Source of the DNA: Candidatus Poriferihabitaceae bacterium
Lineage (GTDB): Bacteria; Pseudomonadota; Gammaproteobacteria; Arenicellales; Poriferihabitantaceae
Direction of reading: 5' to 3'
Assembly (NCBI GenBank): GCA_965214625.1
Contig: OZ243962.1
Coordinates: forward strand, 1,645,278 to 1,709,277
DNA: 64,000 nucleotides
Part shown: positions 62,571 to 64,000 of the stretch, in pieces
Numbering within the stretch: the first letter of the stretch is position 1
How the letters are laid out: every line of letters starts with the position of its first letter
Notes under the pieces: generated by a model
What the model was told of the DNA's origin: nothing
Database searches by the model: none
The model's input: only the letters and a program-made list of their open reading frames with translations
Position numbers and translations under genes: made by a program

Positions 62571-63812
62571 CTACCTCGCAGCATGCTGACCGTCAACCGC
62601 CAGCCCTTCCACTGCTTGGGGCAGCCGCGAAATCAATATTTTGTCGTCGGGTTGAAAGGTGCTCCCAACCAGAATCAGTTGCTGTTCGCCATCTTCGGTC
62701 CGGGTATACCCGAGACGCTCGACGGCTTTTCCTTCGAGGACGCCCGCCTTAATCAAATAGACCCGGCCTCGTCCATATATCGCATCCACAGGCACCACGA
62801 CCACATTGTGCAACGTCGGCAGCTGTACCACTATCTCGAGTGTCCTGCCCAGTTGGATGGTTGGTACAGGGGGCAGCTTGAAAAAGCCATCCACGCCGCC
62901 TTGACCTTGTGAGACACTGGCAGAAAGCCGATCCAGCTCAATCTGCACGCTTTGTCCAGCAATCAGGGTCGTGGCTTGTATGCTCCCGGGTTTTCCCAGA
63001 TTTGATTGAATAATGGCAAGATAGCGATTGGGAATCTGGGCGCGGATTTCAAGATCCTGCTCATCGTACATTTGAAACAGTTGACTGCCCCGGTTGACGC
63101 GGTCGCCCTTCGACACGCTGACGGAACGAATACGACCGCTGAAAGGGGCGGTAACAAGGGTTCGTTGCTGATCCATCCGGTCTCTTTTCAAACCCACCTT
63201 GGCCCGGGTGAGACGGGCCTCGAACTGCTGTTGTCGGGGGGCAAATTCTGCGATTGACCGTTGCCGTTGGCTGATTGACAGCAGTTGCTGTTGCTCGGAC
63301 CGAAGCGCGTTATCCAATGTTGCTTCGGAACCGGCCTGGCTGTTCGCCAGACGCTCCGCTCTTTTGACCGCTTTTCGGGACAAATTCAGCAGTGACCGTT
63401 CTTGTTCCACGGCGGCCTGATCGTATTGGTGTTTGATTTTGTTGTCTTCGATCAATGCGATGATTTCCGCGATTTCAGCTTGTCTTTGTTCGATAGCCAG
63501 AACAATATCGCTGTCATCCATCACAAGAAGGCGCTGTCCTTGGGCAACGGTATCTCCCTCGGACACGGATACCTCCATGACATCCGCTTCGACGGCGGCG
63601 GTTAAATTGGCGAGTCCGGGAGCCTCGATCTGACCGAAAAGCGTGAGACTTGGCGAGGCGGAAACATACGTTACTTGTTGCATCTTCACAACCGGAATCT
63701 GTGGCGTGATGCTCAACGGTAGGGGAGGTTCATTGCTCGAGTTGAGGTACTGAAAGACAGACACCGAGCCGACCAGCACTAAAATTGGCAGGATAACTTT
63801 CAAGAAACGCAT
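62571..63812 (-). CDS. RND efflux periplasmic adaptor (membrane-fusion protein)
   Basis: The 413-aa ORF has an N-terminal anchor and a lipoyl/coiled-coil/beta-barrel pattern. It lies immediately upstream of the RND permease. Confidence 0.85.
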   Translation of the reverse strand: MRFLKVILPILVLVGSVSVFQYLNSSNEPPLPLSITPQIPVVKMQQVTYVSASPSLTLFGQIEAPGLANLTAAVEADVMEVSVSEGDTVAQGQRLLVMDDSDIVLAIEQRQAEIAEIIALIEDNKIKHQYDQAAVEQERSLLNLSRKAVKRAERLANSQAGSEATLDNALRSEQQQLLSISQRQRSIAEFAPRQQQFEARLTRAKVGLKRDRMDQQRTLVTAPFSGRIRSVSVSKGDRVNRGSQLFQMYDEQDLEIRAQIPNRYLAIIQSNLGKPGSIQATTLIAGQSVQIELDRLSASVSQGQGGVDGFFKLPPVPTIQLGRTLEIVVQLPTLHNVVVVPVDAIYGRGRVYLIKAGVLEGKAVERLGYTRTEDGEQQLILVGSTFQPDDKILISRLPQAVEGLAVDGQHAAR

Positions 63813-64000
63813 TTTCCTTTTTCTGGATTACAATGTGTGTCAGTGTGAATCATACATCACCGAGTGCTGCAGGCGGTACTGTGTGCCTGACACGATCGTA
63901 AGGGACCGACGCTAACCCGGCGAAGTCAGTTATAATATTTCGCGGCCCTCACAACGCAAGCCCAAATCACATTCAAGTTCAACCCGATTCGCGGAAAGAT

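Overview
This window is a chromosomal origin-proximal region of a proteobacterium, gammaproteobacteria-like by gene order. It runs msrA(partial)<-, then dnaA-dnaN-gyrB. Most of the rest is housekeeping: mrcB, trpE-trpG-trpC, rpe, a DegP-family protease, sthA, mlaA, apaH, split class II RNR nrdJa/nrdJb, waaF, ilvE, glnE, yicC-gmk-rpoZ-spoT, a PTP-Ldt-nagZ operon, and an RND efflux pair. I saw no rRNA, tRNA or CRISPR array, and no recognisable defence, toxin-antitoxin or reverse-transcriptase genes. These features need a second look. (1) dnaA is split by a single-base frameshift at about 1679-1681. (2) recF is absent, and the dnaN-gyrB spacer carries two perfect 16-bp parS palindromes. (3) DnaA boxes flank dnaA on both sides. 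(4) A roughly 13-kb accessory block (27.4-40.3 kb) has no regulator. It holds two convergent operons of oxygenases, a ThDP enzyme, a PLP decarboxylase, an SDR and an alpha/beta hydrolase, together with four transporters. (5) An unexplained ~600-bp non-coding stretch lies at 40.3-40.9 kb. (6) A decayed transposase fragment sits next to a secreted FGE-sulfatase-domain protein. (7) An M48 peptidase pseudogene has lost its HExxH motif. (8) A short Trp-containing leader ORF with a terminator-like hairpin lies upstream of trpE. I cannot name a clearly novel system with confidence; the accessory block and its flanking non-coding DNA are the best candidates. All calls come from reading translations and motifs by eye. 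No database search was run.
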